Below, piece by piece: positions 45,885 to 55,406 of a DNA stretch of 64,000 nucleotides. Positions within the stretch are counted from its first letter, which is position 1; every line of letters begins with the position of its first letter. Source of the DNA: an uncultured Chloroflexia bacterium (GTDB lineage: Bacteria; Chloroflexota; Chloroflexia; Thermomicrobiales; UBA6265); the NCBI GenBank assembly GCA_963741965.1, contig CAVUKC010000002.1:2345869-2409868 (forward strand), given 5' to 3'. Below the pieces are notes generated by a model. It was not told where the DNA came from, did not search any database, and saw only the letters and a program-made list of their open reading frames with translations. The position numbers and the translations under genes are program-made.

Positions 45885-46679
45885 TCAGTGGCCGACGCCC
45901 TGGTAGCGGTTGAGGGCCTTGCTCCACAGCCAGGCGGTGACGGCGACGACGAGCGCGCTCACCAGCGGTGTGGCGAGGCCGAGCCAGCGCCATGGCGTGT
46001 CGCGGCCAAGCAGCAGCAGCGCCGGGAAGTAGCTGATGAAGGCGTAGGGGACCACGACGGTGACCAGCCCGCGGATGACGAGGTTGAAGACGTCGAGCGG
46101 GAACTTCGCGAAGTCGACCATCAGCGCGACCATCGTCGGCAGCGCGCTCTGCGCGGACGGCTCCCAGAAGCCGATCATGTTGATCACGTAGTTGAGCGCG
46201 CCGATCATCACCGCGCTCGCCGCGATCGTCATCAGCAGGAAGGGCACTGTCCACCACGCGAGCACCAGCTCGGAGCGACTCATGCCCATCCACAGCACGA
46301 CGATGCCGAGGACGAGCTGGCCGAGCCCGTGGATGGAGGCGATCGCGGTGGCGGACTGCAGCGCCGGGGAGATCGGCCGCACCAGCACGCGGTCGAACTC
46401 GCCCGAGTTGACCTTGCTGCGCAGCATCCAGGGACCGTCGCAGAAGAGCTCGGTGAAGCCCTTCGGGATCATCGCGAGGCCGTAAAGCATCGCGACGTTC
46501 CAGACGGTCCAGCCCTCGACCTCCGGGATTTGCGCGAACAGCGCCGAGATGAAGACGAGCCCGGCCGCCTGCTGGAGCATCGCGCCAACGATGCCGATCC
46601 AGAAGTCGGCGCGGTATTCGACGGTGGCGCGGAGCTGGGCGAGCTGGAGCGTGAGGTAGAGCCGCGCGTTGCGGCGCAT
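45885..46679 (-). CDS. ABC-2-type transporter permease (DUF990-like)
   Basis: Six TM helices. YRADFWIGIVG at the N-terminus is typical of this permease family. Confidence 0.8.
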   Translation of the reverse strand: MRRNARLYLTLQLAQLRATVEYRADFWIGIVGAMLQQAAGLVFISALFAQIPEVEGWTVWNVAMLYGLAMIPKGFTELFCDGPWMLRSKVNSGEFDRVLVRPISPALQSATAIASIHGLGQLVLGIVVLWMGMSRSELVLAWWTVPFLLMTIAASAVMIGALNYVINMIGFWEPSAQSALPTMVALMVDFAKFPLDVFNLVIRGLVTVVVPYAFISYFPALLLLGRDTPWRWLGLATPLVSALVVAVTAWLWSKALNRYQGVGH

Positions 46680-46714
46680 CGCGGCGAGTGGCGGCAGGGA
46701 TGACGTTCATCGGC

Positions 46715-47533
46715 TCACCCTCCCTGGATCTCGACGGCGTTGAACGCCGCCCGCCACGCCCAGTTGGCGAACACCCAGAGCGCGACGAGCCAGGCGAGCT
46801 GGAGGCCGACCAGCCACGCGGCCTCCCATGCGTCCGCCTTGCCGAGGTAGAGCGTGACCGGGGTGGCGACGATGCCGCGCATCGGCAGCACCTCGGCGAT
46901 GGCGCGCAGCCAAACTGGCAGCAGGTCGATCGGCACGAGCGTGCCGGCGAGGATGGCGATCACCGCCTGCTGCGACCACATCAGGCCGACGCCATTGAGC
47001 GTCCAGAAGGTGAGCAGCGAGATGCTGAAGACGATCAGCGCCTTGGTGACGAAGCCGATGAGAACGGTGACCACGAAGAGCGCGGCCATGCCGGGCGAGG
47101 CGGGCGGTGCGATGTCGAGCACGAAGACGCCGAGAAGCAGCGTGAAGACGAGGCTGATGATGCCCTCGGTGATCGAGAAGCCGGCCGCCATGGCGAGCTG
47201 GGTGCCGCAGTAGTTGAGCGGGCGCACCAGCTCCCGCACGATCTCGCCGGTGCGGATCGCGCCCATCATGGCGGAGCCGACGCGCCAGCCGACGAGCGCG
47301 TTGATGCCGTAGGCGAGCAGCACGTAGGTGCGCATGTCCTCCCACGTGTATCCGGCGATGAGGTCGCGCCCGGAGAACGCTGCCTTCCACAGGGAGTAGA
47401 GGATGAACACCCAGATGAAGGTGATGGCGATGTTGAAGATCGTGGTCACGCGGTAGGCGATCGCCTGCTGGAACGAGGTCATCGCGATCGAGAGGTACTT
47501 CGGCCACGGATCGACGCGGGCGCGCTCGCTCAT
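46715..47533 (-). CDS. ABC-2-type transporter permease, second subunit
   Basis: Start MSERARVDPWPKYLSIAMTSFQQAIAYRVTT, with an ATGA overlap with the ATPase stop. Six TM helices. Confidence 0.8.
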   Translation of the reverse strand: MSERARVDPWPKYLSIAMTSFQQAIAYRVTTIFNIAITFIWVFILYSLWKAAFSGRDLIAGYTWEDMRTYVLLAYGINALVGWRVGSAMMGAIRTGEIVRELVRPLNYCGTQLAMAAGFSITEGIISLVFTLLLGVFVLDIAPPASPGMAALFVVTVLIGFVTKALIVFSISLLTFWTLNGVGLMWSQQAVIAILAGTLVPIDLLPVWLRAIAEVLPMRGIVATPVTLYLGKADAWEAAWLVGLQLAWLVALWVFANWAWRAAFNAVEIQGG

Positions 47534-48594
47534 GATGTCGCCTCCCCGACGGCGTCGAAGCGGAGCGAGCCCTCGTAGAGCTGGCGGATGATCGACTCCG
47601 CGGTCGGCTCCTCGATGCGGATGTCGGCGATCGGCAGGGCGGTGGCGAGATCGCGAATCAGCTCGCCGGAGGTCGCCTCGCGGCTGTCGAAGGCGATGGT
47701 GACGGTGGTGTCGTCGGGCTGCTCCACATGCGCGTGGGTGTGTCGCCGGAGCGCGGTGGTGGCGGTCGATGCGGCGTCCGGCGCCTCCTCGGCGAAGGTG
47801 AGGTGGAGGCGCTGCTCCCAGCCGAAGCGACGGGTGACGTCTCTCAACGCGCCGTCGTAGACGATCGTGCCCTTGTCGATCATCACCATCCGCTCGCAGA
47901 GCTCCTCGATGTCGCCGAGGTCGTGCGAGGTGAGCATCACCGTGAGACCGCGCTGCTGGTGCATGTAGCGGATGAACTCGCGGAAGCGGGCCTTCACGGC
48001 GACGTCGAGACCGATGGTGGGCTCGTCGAGGTAGAGCACCGGCGGCGAGTGGATCAGCGAGGCGGCGAGGTCGCAGCGCATGCGCTGGCCGAGCGAGAGC
48101 TGGCGGGCGGGAACGCTCAGGAGCGGGGCGAGGTCGAGCACGTCGACCAGCTCGGCGACGGTGCGGCGGTAGGTGTCGGCGGGGACGTCGTAGATGTCGC
48201 CGATGAGGCGGAAGGACTCCTGCACGGCGATGTCCCACCAGAGCTGGGTGCGCTGGCCGAAGACGACGCCGATGTTGCGGGCGTTGGCCATGCGCTGCTC
48301 GAACGGCGTGAGCCCGCAGACGGTGACCTCGCCCGCGCTCGGGACGAGGATGCCGGTGAGGAGCTTGACGGTGGTGGACTTGCCGGCGCCGTTGGGGCCG
48401 ACGTAGGCGACGCTCTCGCCGGGGGCGATGGTGAGGTCGATGCCGTCGACGGCGGTGAAGGTGTCGTAGCTGGGACGGACGAGGTGGCGGAGCGCCCCGG
48501 CGAGACCGGGCTGCTTGCGCGGGCGGCGGAAGCGCTTGGTGAGTCCGCGCGCCTGGATGATCGGCTCGGTCGGAGTCGGGGTCGGGTCAGTCAT
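47530..48594 (-). CDS. ABC transporter ATP-binding protein
   Basis: Start MTDPTPTP. Walker A GPNGAGKST, signature LSLGQRMR, Walker B VLYLDEPTIGLD, and a C-terminal extension of about 110 aa. Confidence 0.9.
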   Translation of the reverse strand: MTDPTPTPTEPIIQARGLTKRFRRPRKQPGLAGALRHLVRPSYDTFTAVDGIDLTIAPGESVAYVGPNGAGKSTTVKLLTGILVPSAGEVTVCGLTPFEQRMANARNIGVVFGQRTQLWWDIAVQESFRLIGDIYDVPADTYRRTVAELVDVLDLAPLLSVPARQLSLGQRMRCDLAASLIHSPPVLYLDEPTIGLDVAVKARFREFIRYMHQQRGLTVMLTSHDLGDIEELCERMVMIDKGTIVYDGALRDVTRRFGWEQRLHLTFAEEAPDAASTATTALRRHTHAHVEQPDDTTVTIAFDSREATSGELIRDLATALPIADIRIEEPTAESIIRQLYEGSLRFDAVGEATS

Positions 48595-48855
48595 GGTCGG
48601 GCTGCGCTCCGCCGGGTAAGCGTGGTCGATGGGTCGTGTTCCATGACCGTACCGCAAACGTACATGTAGGGCCAGCGCGGGAGCGGCGCCGCCTGATGAT
48701 CCATTGGGGCCACCTGGGTCAGGCCCATGCAATCACCGCCGTGCCAGAGGGGCGGCGCCGGCACGCCACGTGGCTCCTCACGTGCCCGTCTGCCGAGGTA
48801 GAGCTTCACCTGGGTGGGGAGAGTTGGTTCACCACAGCTGAAGAGGAGCGACATG

Positions 48856-49200
48856 TCATGAGGAGATGAGTTTGCGAGTGCTCCAAAATGCCCATAGATA
48901 GGTCGCGGCAATAGCTGTAAGGAAAAATCCTATCCCGTTCCAAATGAGAAAATAGGCGGGGATCAAGGCGCCTATCCCGCATGCGAGCCAGATCCATCGG
49001 TGAGAGGACGGAATATCCGACGTTATGACGACGGAGGCGAGCCCCACAGCAAAGGGGAGCCCGAACCCGAGGAAGATAAGCAACGCTCGCATTGGATCTG
49101 AAACGTTGCCAGCGATGGCAACGATAGCGACGAGCATTATCCCTATTCCGCTGGCCCACCCGACGATGAATCCATAATCACCAGGCGCATTCGATCTCAT
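48856..49200 (-). CDS. Small integral membrane protein (4 TM) encoded in the low-GC islet
   Basis: ORF 48856..49200. Hydrophobic, with low-GC codon usage unlike its neighbours. It follows the Cys-rich secreted protein gene. Confidence 0.55.
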   Translation of the reverse strand: MRSNAPGDYGFIVGWASGIGIMLVAIVAIAGNVSDPMRALLIFLGFGLPFAVGLASVVITSDIPSSHRWIWLACGIGALIPAYFLIWNGIGFFLTAIAATYLWAFWSTRKLISS

Positions 49201-49230
49201 TGCGCGTGGATACCGTCCCCTCAGTTGGAA

Positions 49231-49274
49231 GTCTATCCTGAGAAAGAGAGTAGGAGTCTCCTCTCAGGATAGAC
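49231..49274 (-). terminator. Intercistronic hairpin (13-bp perfect stem GTCTATCCTGAGA/TCTCAGGATAGAC, 18-nt loop) between the Cys-rich protein gene and the small membrane protein gene
   Basis: Seen directly. It begins 9 nt after the upstream stop and ends 31 nt before the downstream ATG. It may be a partial terminator or a processing site. Confidence 0.4.
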
Positions 49275-49282
49275 AGCGGACG

Positions 49283-49960
49283 CTAGTTCCAGTTGCCACC
49301 GCATTCGAGATGGCCGCCGGGCACGATGCCACCGTAGATACTGCAGTAGTGATCCCACGCACCACCCGGCCATCCGTAGAATGTGGCGTCAAGCGTGTGG
49401 TAGCAGGACCCGTCGTAGAAATCGAACGTACATCTATTCCATGTTGAAACCGAGCTTGGCCCGTCGCCAAGCATGCCCCAAGCCACGGATTCGATCAGCC
49501 AACCGTCCGGAAAAACTCGACACACCGGTGATGGTGACGATCCACCGTAAACCGTCGATCCATCGTCGTAGTACTGCATATATGCGAATGCCTCGGTTAG
49601 AACGATGCCACAGCAGTCATGGTGTTCGGTCCACGCAGCTCCTTCATGCCACGTGGAAGCTACACGACTCATGCTACTCGTCTTCTTATCGACGCTCGTC
49701 ACGACGAGCTGACAGTTCTGAGTGACTTCCACGACCATGACGCTTTCGGATACCGATGCGTCGTTGCTTTGTCCAAACGTGGTTTCCGGAAAATCGCAAA
49801 CCGTTTGGTCTGCCTGCTTCGAGAGAGTTCCTTGGCCCACCACATCGCCGGAAGCAACTTGCGCCTTGGCGATGATCGATCCGGTTGGCGACATCATAAC
49901 AATGAGCACTACAAGGGCGGCAAGCGTTGATAGATGAAGCATGGAAACGCGTCGGTGCAT
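49283..49960 (-). CDS. Secreted Cys/aromatic-rich protein of unknown function (low-GC islet)
   Basis: GGAGAG lies 4 nt before the ATG at 49960. Signal peptide MHRRVSMLHLSTLAALVVLIVMMSPTGSIIAKA|QV. The mature part has 9 Cys and many W/Y/G. I recognise no family. Confidence 0.6.
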   Translation of the reverse strand: MHRRVSMLHLSTLAALVVLIVMMSPTGSIIAKAQVASGDVVGQGTLSKQADQTVCDFPETTFGQSNDASVSESVMVVEVTQNCQLVVTSVDKKTSSMSRVASTWHEGAAWTEHHDCCGIVLTEAFAYMQYYDDGSTVYGGSSPSPVCRVFPDGWLIESVAWGMLGDGPSSVSTWNRCTFDFYDGSCYHTLDATFYGWPGGAWDHYCSIYGGIVPGGHLECGGNWN

Positions 49961-50405
49961 GACGCTCTCCACAAGACTCGCCAGGAGGGGTGCCGAACGA
50001 CGGCAATCCTCTGGCCCGAACTGTTAGCCGTTGTGTCGCACGACGCAAACGAATATACCCGGGTGTATCGGTAGTTTATCACGACACATATAAATGCTCA
50101 ACAGCTGCTGTTAAGGAGCGACCTCGGAGCCACTACATCGTATGGTGGAGCTACGATGCACCATTCATGATGATGGCCATGCCCAGCCGTGGTCACGCTT
50201 CGCGGGAGGGCGTGAGACCCGCATGTCGCTCGAGCCGTGGTGACTTTTCAGAATCGTGCTTGAGAGTGGGGACATCGCCGGCACTCCGTCCCTCTCACCC
50301 CTGTCCGCCAGTTGATTCCGGCCATCCATCATGTCGATGTCGATGCGCTCGTATTGCGGCATGATGTCGTGAACCGATGTGCTCCCGTATGGAACAGGTG
50401 AGGTG

Positions 50406-50996
50406 ATGATGCCGGATTGCGCACCGCACCAGACGAAGACGCCCGGGGTCGAGCATGACCCGCCGGTGGACGACGAGGCTCTGCTGAGCAGGGTCGCGGA
50501 CGGTGACTCGCGCGCGCTGCGCCATCTCTACGAGGCGCACGCCGGCTGGATCGCCGCACGCCTGCGGCAGAAGCTGCCGGCGCACGCTGTCGAGGATGTG
50601 TTGCAGGAAACCTTCCTCGCTGTCTGGCGCGGGGCCGCGCGGTATCACGGCACCAGCGACGTCGGCGGCTGGATCTGGGGCATCGCCCGACTCCGGTTGG
50701 CGCGCTGGTACCGGGATCACGGCCGGGAGCCCGCCGGGATGGTCGAAGAGTGGGTGCCGAGCGGGGAGGATCCCGCCGGGGATGCCATCGACCGGATGGA
50801 TCTCGAGCGGGCGTTCGCGACGCTGGGCGACCGCGACCACGACGATCGACGGCTGGCCGAAGCGTACTACCGCGAGGACCGGCCGGTGAAGGAGGTCGCC
50901 GCGCGGCTCGGTATCCCGGCCGGCACCGTCAAGAGCCGGTTGTTTCGCATTCGTCGCCGCCTGATCGCGGCGCTGGAACGAGAGCCTGGGCAATGA
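50406..50996 (+). CDS. ECF-type RNA polymerase sigma factor (sigma-70 regions 2 and 4)
   Basis: Region 2: LYEAHAGWIAARLRQKL...VEDVLQETFLAVW. Region 4: VKEVAARLGIPAGTVKSRLFRIRRRL. GAGGTG RBS. Confidence 0.85.
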   Translation: MMPDCAPHQTKTPGVEHDPPVDDEALLSRVADGDSRALRHLYEAHAGWIAARLRQKLPAHAVEDVLQETFLAVWRGAARYHGTSDVGGWIWGIARLRLARWYRDHGREPAGMVEEWVPSGEDPAGDAIDRMDLERAFATLGDRDHDDRRLAEAYYREDRPVKEVAARLGIPAGTVKSRLFRIRRRLIAALEREPGQ

Positions 50997-51007
50997 GGGA
51001 GCGACCT

Positions 51008-51745
51008 ATGGATACGCGATCAGTTGCACCGCCGCCCGATATCGACCTCGACCGGGTCTGGAACCGGGTGACCGGGGAGATCTGGGCGAGCGAGCCGGGC
51101 CGGCTGGAGCGCGCCGCGACGAGGTTGCTGGGATCGCCGGCCCTGGCGCGCGCGCTGGTGACCACGCCGTCGCTGGTGGCGGCGTGGCTGCTGGCAAGCG
51201 TGCTGGTGCTTGCACTGGGCGTGGTTGTCACCAACGCAACGGCGGAGCCGTGGGTGCCGCTGCTGGCCCCGGTGGTGGCGATAGTTGGCGTGTCGTTCGT
51301 CTATGGCTCGGGCGCTGACCCGGCATGGGAGATCGTGCGGACGGTGGCGCTGCCACGACGCATGGTGCTGCTGGTGCGGGTGACGGCGGTCTTCCTGACC
51401 AACATGGCGATCGCGCTGATCGCGGCGCTGCTCACGCCGATGGCCGGGTCGATCGTGGTGCTGTGGCTGCTGCCGATGGTCGGGTTGTCGATGATCGCGC
51501 TGGCGTTCGCGACGTGGACGCAGTCGCCGGTGTTCGGGGCGGCGAGCGGGTTGGCGATCTGGTTCGCGGTGGCGCTGCAGAGCCTGACTCGCGCCGGTGA
51601 TGTCACCGCCTTCGTGCGGGATGACGTCATTGCCGGGATGGCGCCGCTCTACGTGCTGGCGACGGTACTGGCGACGGTGCTGGTAATGCTGGGATCGGGC
51701 GGGCTGCCCGGGCAGGATCGATGGGAGTCGATGCGATGGTCATGA
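51008..51745 (+). CDS. Multi-pass membrane protein in the anti-sigma position (no zf-HC2 motif)
   Basis: It begins 12 nt after the sigma stop (an alternative ATG at 50993 overlaps it). A cytoplasmic N-terminus of about 45 aa is followed by 5-6 TM helices. Confidence 0.5.
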   Translation: MDTRSVAPPPDIDLDRVWNRVTGEIWASEPGRLERAATRLLGSPALARALVTTPSLVAAWLLASVLVLALGVVVTNATAEPWVPLLAPVVAIVGVSFVYGSGADPAWEIVRTVALPRRMVLLVRVTAVFLTNMAIALIAALLTPMAGSIVVLWLLPMVGLSMIALAFATWTQSPVFGAASGLAIWFAVALQSLTRAGDVTAFVRDDVIAGMAPLYVLATVLATVLVMLGSGGLPGQDRWESMRWS

Positions 51746-52551
51746 CGAGGACACGAGCGACGGAGCAGCGGATGATCGAGGTAGGTGTGGATCTGGAGGG
51801 CGTGGGGCACGCGTTCGGGCGGCACACGGCGCTGGAAGACGTCACGCTGCATGCCGGCAACGGCGTGTTCGGGCTGCTCGGGCCGAACGGTGCCGGCAAG
51901 AGCACGCTGTTGCGGATCATGGCGACGGTGCTGAAGCCCTCGCGGGGCGAGGTGCGCCTGCTGGGCCTGAACCCGCAGGACGGGCATGAGCTGCGCGCGA
52001 TCCGGCGGGAGCTGGGCTATCTGCCGCAGCAGTTCGGCTACTACCCCAACTTCACGGTGTTCGAGTTCATCGAGTACTTCGCGCTGCTGAAGGAGATGCC
52101 TCCCCGGCAGGTGCGGCCGGCGGTCGCGAGCGCGATCGAGCGTGTCGGGCTGGAGGACCGGGCGAAGGCGAAGATGAAGTCGCTCTCCGGCGGCATGCTT
52201 CGGCGGGTCGGGATCGCGCAGGCGATCGTCAATGAGCCGGCGCTACTGCTGCTGGACGAGCCGACGGTGGGGCTGGACCCGGAGCAGCGAGTGCTGTTCC
52301 GACGGCTGCTGCGGGAGATCGGGGAGCGCTCGGCGGTATTCGTGAGCACGCACCTGGTCGAGGACGTCGCGGCGGCGTGCAGTGACGTGCGGGTGCTGGA
52401 CGCGGGTCGGGTCATCTACGAGGGCGACGCCGGAGATCTCAAGCGCATCGGCGCCGGTGCCAGCGAGGCGGACGCCGCCGGGGACTCCGAGATCGAGCGC
52501 GGCTACAGCGCGGTGCTGCTCTCCGCGCGAGGCTCCAGGGAGGTGCGGTGA
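51742..52551 (+). CDS. ABC transporter ATP-binding protein
   Basis: Walker A GPNGAGKSTLL, signature LSGGMLRR, Walker B LLLLDEPTVGLD. ATGA overlap with the upstream gene. Confidence 0.9.
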   Translation: MTRTRATEQRMIEVGVDLEGVGHAFGRHTALEDVTLHAGNGVFGLLGPNGAGKSTLLRIMATVLKPSRGEVRLLGLNPQDGHELRAIRRELGYLPQQFGYYPNFTVFEFIEYFALLKEMPPRQVRPAVASAIERVGLEDRAKAKMKSLSGGMLRRVGIAQAIVNEPALLLLDEPTVGLDPEQRVLFRRLLREIGERSAVFVSTHLVEDVAAACSDVRVLDAGRVIYEGDAGDLKRIGAGASEADAAGDSEIERGYSAVLLSARGSREVR

Positions 52552-54047
52552 TGAGCCAGGCGGGAATGACGAGAATGAAGGCAGGCCATCGTGTTCACTT
52601 GCACGCGGGCGCACCGGGACGGTTCTCGCGAATGGTCGGGCTCGATTTTCGCCATGGGTACGGTGTGTGGATCGTGCCGGTGCTGATCGCGCTGGGCTGT
52701 CTGTACTCCATCCGCGTTGACGAGCCGAACACGCCGATGTGGGGGTATCGCTCGGTGCGCCTGGCATGGACCTTCGCGGCGCTGGGACCGATCGGGGCGG
52801 CGTGGGGCTCGTGGCTCGCCGGGCGGGAGCGGCGGGCACGCACGGAGACGCTGATCGCCTCGACGCCGACGCGGCCGCTGGTGCGCGACGCCCGTGCGCT
52901 CGTGGTGCCGGTGCTCGGCAGCCTGCTGGCCTACATCGGGATCGCCGCGTTTGTGCTCGGCCGGACCGCGATCCAGACGGCGTGGGGCCAGCCAGTGTGG
53001 CCGATCGTCATCTATGCCGGGTCGGTGATCGCCGCCTACACGATCGTCGGCACCATTGCTGGGCTGCTCGTACCCGCGCGTGTCACCTCACTCGTCGTCG
53101 GGATCGGTCTCTTCCTGTTCACGACACTGAGCTTCACCTATCTCGATACCCAGTCGGCCTACCGATACCTGGCGCCGTTCCGGTGGGTCGGCGACCCGCA
53201 CGCGTACGACGACGTGCTGTTCTACGGAGATCGGAGTGGCGGTCAGCTGCTCATTGCCTACGCGTTGGCGCTCGGGGCGGTTCTGGCCACCATCGCGGTG
53301 CTGCTTTTCGCGAGGGTTGGCCGCAAGGGTGGGATGCTCGTGGGATTGGCCGCCGCGATCGTTCTCGTCCCGTCGATCGACGCGGCCATCACCCCCATCG
53401 GGAGCCCGGCGACATACCGGATTGCAGCGCTGGCGGATGTCGACGTGGCCCCGCGGGGACCGGTCGAGGACCCGACGCTCGTCTGCGCCGGTGATGTGGT
53501 CGAGACGTGCGTGCACAAGGCGTTCGAGGGGGATGTGCCGGCGGTGGCGGCGCGGGTGGAGGAGGTGCTGGCACCGGTGATCGGTCTTTCCGGCGTGCCG
53601 ACGCGCTTCGAGCAGCGGGCGGACGTGCCATCGGACGGCACGGTGGCGCGGTTCACTGCCACCTGGTCGTGGAGCGATCCGGTTGGGGCCATCGACGATG
53701 TGATCGTGTCGACGTTGTTCGTCGCCGACGGACACTCGGCTTCGTCGGATCGACCGAAAGCCCAGACGCCGGCGCAGATCGCGATCGCGCTCGGGCTGGT
53801 GCGGCATGCGGGCGGCGCTGGGATGATGCCGGTCGACATTTCCGGCTACGAGTTCCCGGGTGGCGATGGTCGCCCGAACGAGTCAGAAGTCGAGGCGTGG
53901 CGGGAGGATCTCCAGGGCATTCAGGCGGCGATCTCGACGGCGGCCGATCGCTTTTCGGCGCTGCCGCCGGAGGAGCAGCGGGCGTGGCTGGAGGCGCACT
54001 GGGATTCGCTCCGCTCCGGTGAGCTGACGCTGGAGGATTTGCCGTGA
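52551..54047 (+). CDS. Large membrane protein (about 6 TM plus a ~200-aa extracytoplasmic C-terminal domain), putative ABC partner
   Basis: GGGAGG lies 7 nt before the ATG at 52551, and the start overlaps the ATPase stop. I recognise no family. Confidence 0.55.
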   Translation: MSQAGMTRMKAGHRVHLHAGAPGRFSRMVGLDFRHGYGVWIVPVLIALGCLYSIRVDEPNTPMWGYRSVRLAWTFAALGPIGAAWGSWLAGRERRARTETLIASTPTRPLVRDARALVVPVLGSLLAYIGIAAFVLGRTAIQTAWGQPVWPIVIYAGSVIAAYTIVGTIAGLLVPARVTSLVVGIGLFLFTTLSFTYLDTQSAYRYLAPFRWVGDPHAYDDVLFYGDRSGGQLLIAYALALGAVLATIAVLLFARVGRKGGMLVGLAAAIVLVPSIDAAITPIGSPATYRIAALADVDVAPRGPVEDPTLVCAGDVVETCVHKAFEGDVPAVAARVEEVLAPVIGLSGVPTRFEQRADVPSDGTVARFTATWSWSDPVGAIDDVIVSTLFVADGHSASSDRPKAQTPAQIAIALGLVRHAGGAGMMPVDISGYEFPGGDGRPNESEVEAWREDLQGIQAAISTAADRFSALPPEEQRAWLEAHWDSLRSGELTLEDLP

Positions 54048-54120
54048 TGGTTCGATGTGGTCGTAACGCGGGAACGGACCTCGCACACGAGGTGCGGGGC
54101 TGCAGGTTGGAGTCGCGGTC

Positions 54121-54819
54121 GTGAGCAGCATGCTGGCGCGCGCGTCGGACGCCACGATCCAGGTTCGCTGGCGGCTGCTGCGCGGGTACGTGCTCTCGCG
54201 GCGGCTGCCGGGGAGCTGGCTGCTGATGCTCGCTCTGCTGGGCGCGGTCATCTGCGGCGGCGGGTGGGGGCGCGAACACGAGCCGATGTCGCTGTGGCTG
54301 CTGACCTTCCTGCTGCCGATGGCGACGGCATCGGTGATCGGGGTCAGTCTCTGGTCGCCGTTCGGTGAGACCGAGCGCGCGGCTGGGACCTGGTTGCCGC
54401 TGGCGCGCTCGCTGCATCTTGCGTCACTGCTCGTGGCGGTGCTGCTCGTCAACCAGGTGGCTGAGACGATGTGGGTTCCGAGCGGTGACAGCCAGCCGTG
54501 GGCGGCGTACCTGCTGCGGCACACCACGCTGTTGATCGGCATCGCGTTGCTGGCGGCGCGCGTCATCGATTCACGGTTGAGCTGGGTCGCGCCGGCGGTG
54601 GTAGCGCTGTCCGGCGTGGCGATGGGGCTCAGCCGTGTCGAGCGGGCCGTGGCCGAAGGGCAGTCGGTGACGTTCTTCCACGACTCCTGGCATCCGATGC
54701 TGCGCCCGGCGGATTCGACGGTGTCGCAGGTCGTGGCGATCGGCGTGTTTCTCGTGGGAGTCGGACTGGTGGTTTGGTCGGGCGAGCGCCTGGTCGATCC
54801 GGAGGATGCTGCGGGGTAG
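54121..54819 (+). CDS. Integral membrane protein (6 TM), unknown function
   Basis: ORF 54121..54819. Hydrophobic, same strand, and the last gene of the sigma-led cluster. Confidence 0.5.
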   Translation: MSSMLARASDATIQVRWRLLRGYVLSRRLPGSWLLMLALLGAVICGGGWGREHEPMSLWLLTFLLPMATASVIGVSLWSPFGETERAAGTWLPLARSLHLASLLVAVLLVNQVAETMWVPSGDSQPWAAYLLRHTTLLIGIALLAARVIDSRLSWVAPAVVALSGVAMGLSRVERAVAEGQSVTFFHDSWHPMLRPADSTVSQVVAIGVFLVGVGLVVWSGERLVDPEDAAG

Positions 54820-55406
54820 CGGGAGGTGACGCGATTTCCTGCTCCGCCGGCTGCGGTCGAAATGGGACAAGCGACGACTCAGGCGATGGCTGCGAGCGTG
54901 AGATGCGCGCTCGCTGAGGCATGTTGATCTGATGCGCAACCGAATCGGCACTGGACACGTTATCGTTATAGAGGGAAACGGTTGCTGCCGGGGTGGCGCA
55001 GCCGTGGTATCCCACGGGACTGACAACAACACACCAGGGTGGGGAGACGGACTCTCATGATGCGAGAGCCCGACTGACCGTGACGTGGCGCGCACCTCAG
55101 GTGCGACCCGGCATCGATCGCGCGCTGCCGTGCACGGGAACGCTCCCAGACAACATCACCGAAATGGATGCAACGCGTCGCTGCGATGCGACGGTGCGTT
55201 GCTTTCGATCGCGCGAACGACGGATGGGGAGGACGAGCATTGCTTGCGGACCGCGCATACGCTGACATGGTAGACGAGCCCGATCGAGCCGAGCCCGTGA
55301 ACCGGATCGGTCGGATGGCTGGTATGCTCCGCAACGCCGTGCTGCCCGATGTCCATCCGTAGATGCCACGATCGCTGGAGAGGCGACGAGGCGCGAATTC
55401 TGGGGG

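Noticed and set aside
45229-46710. 493-aa minus-strand ORF that would fuse the nitroreductase to a long N-terminal extension.
   Set aside because: Only the last 183 codons (from MPDVTS, which has a GAGGAG RBS) look like protein. The rest overlaps the ABC-2 permease gene in another frame and is Arg/Pro-rich.
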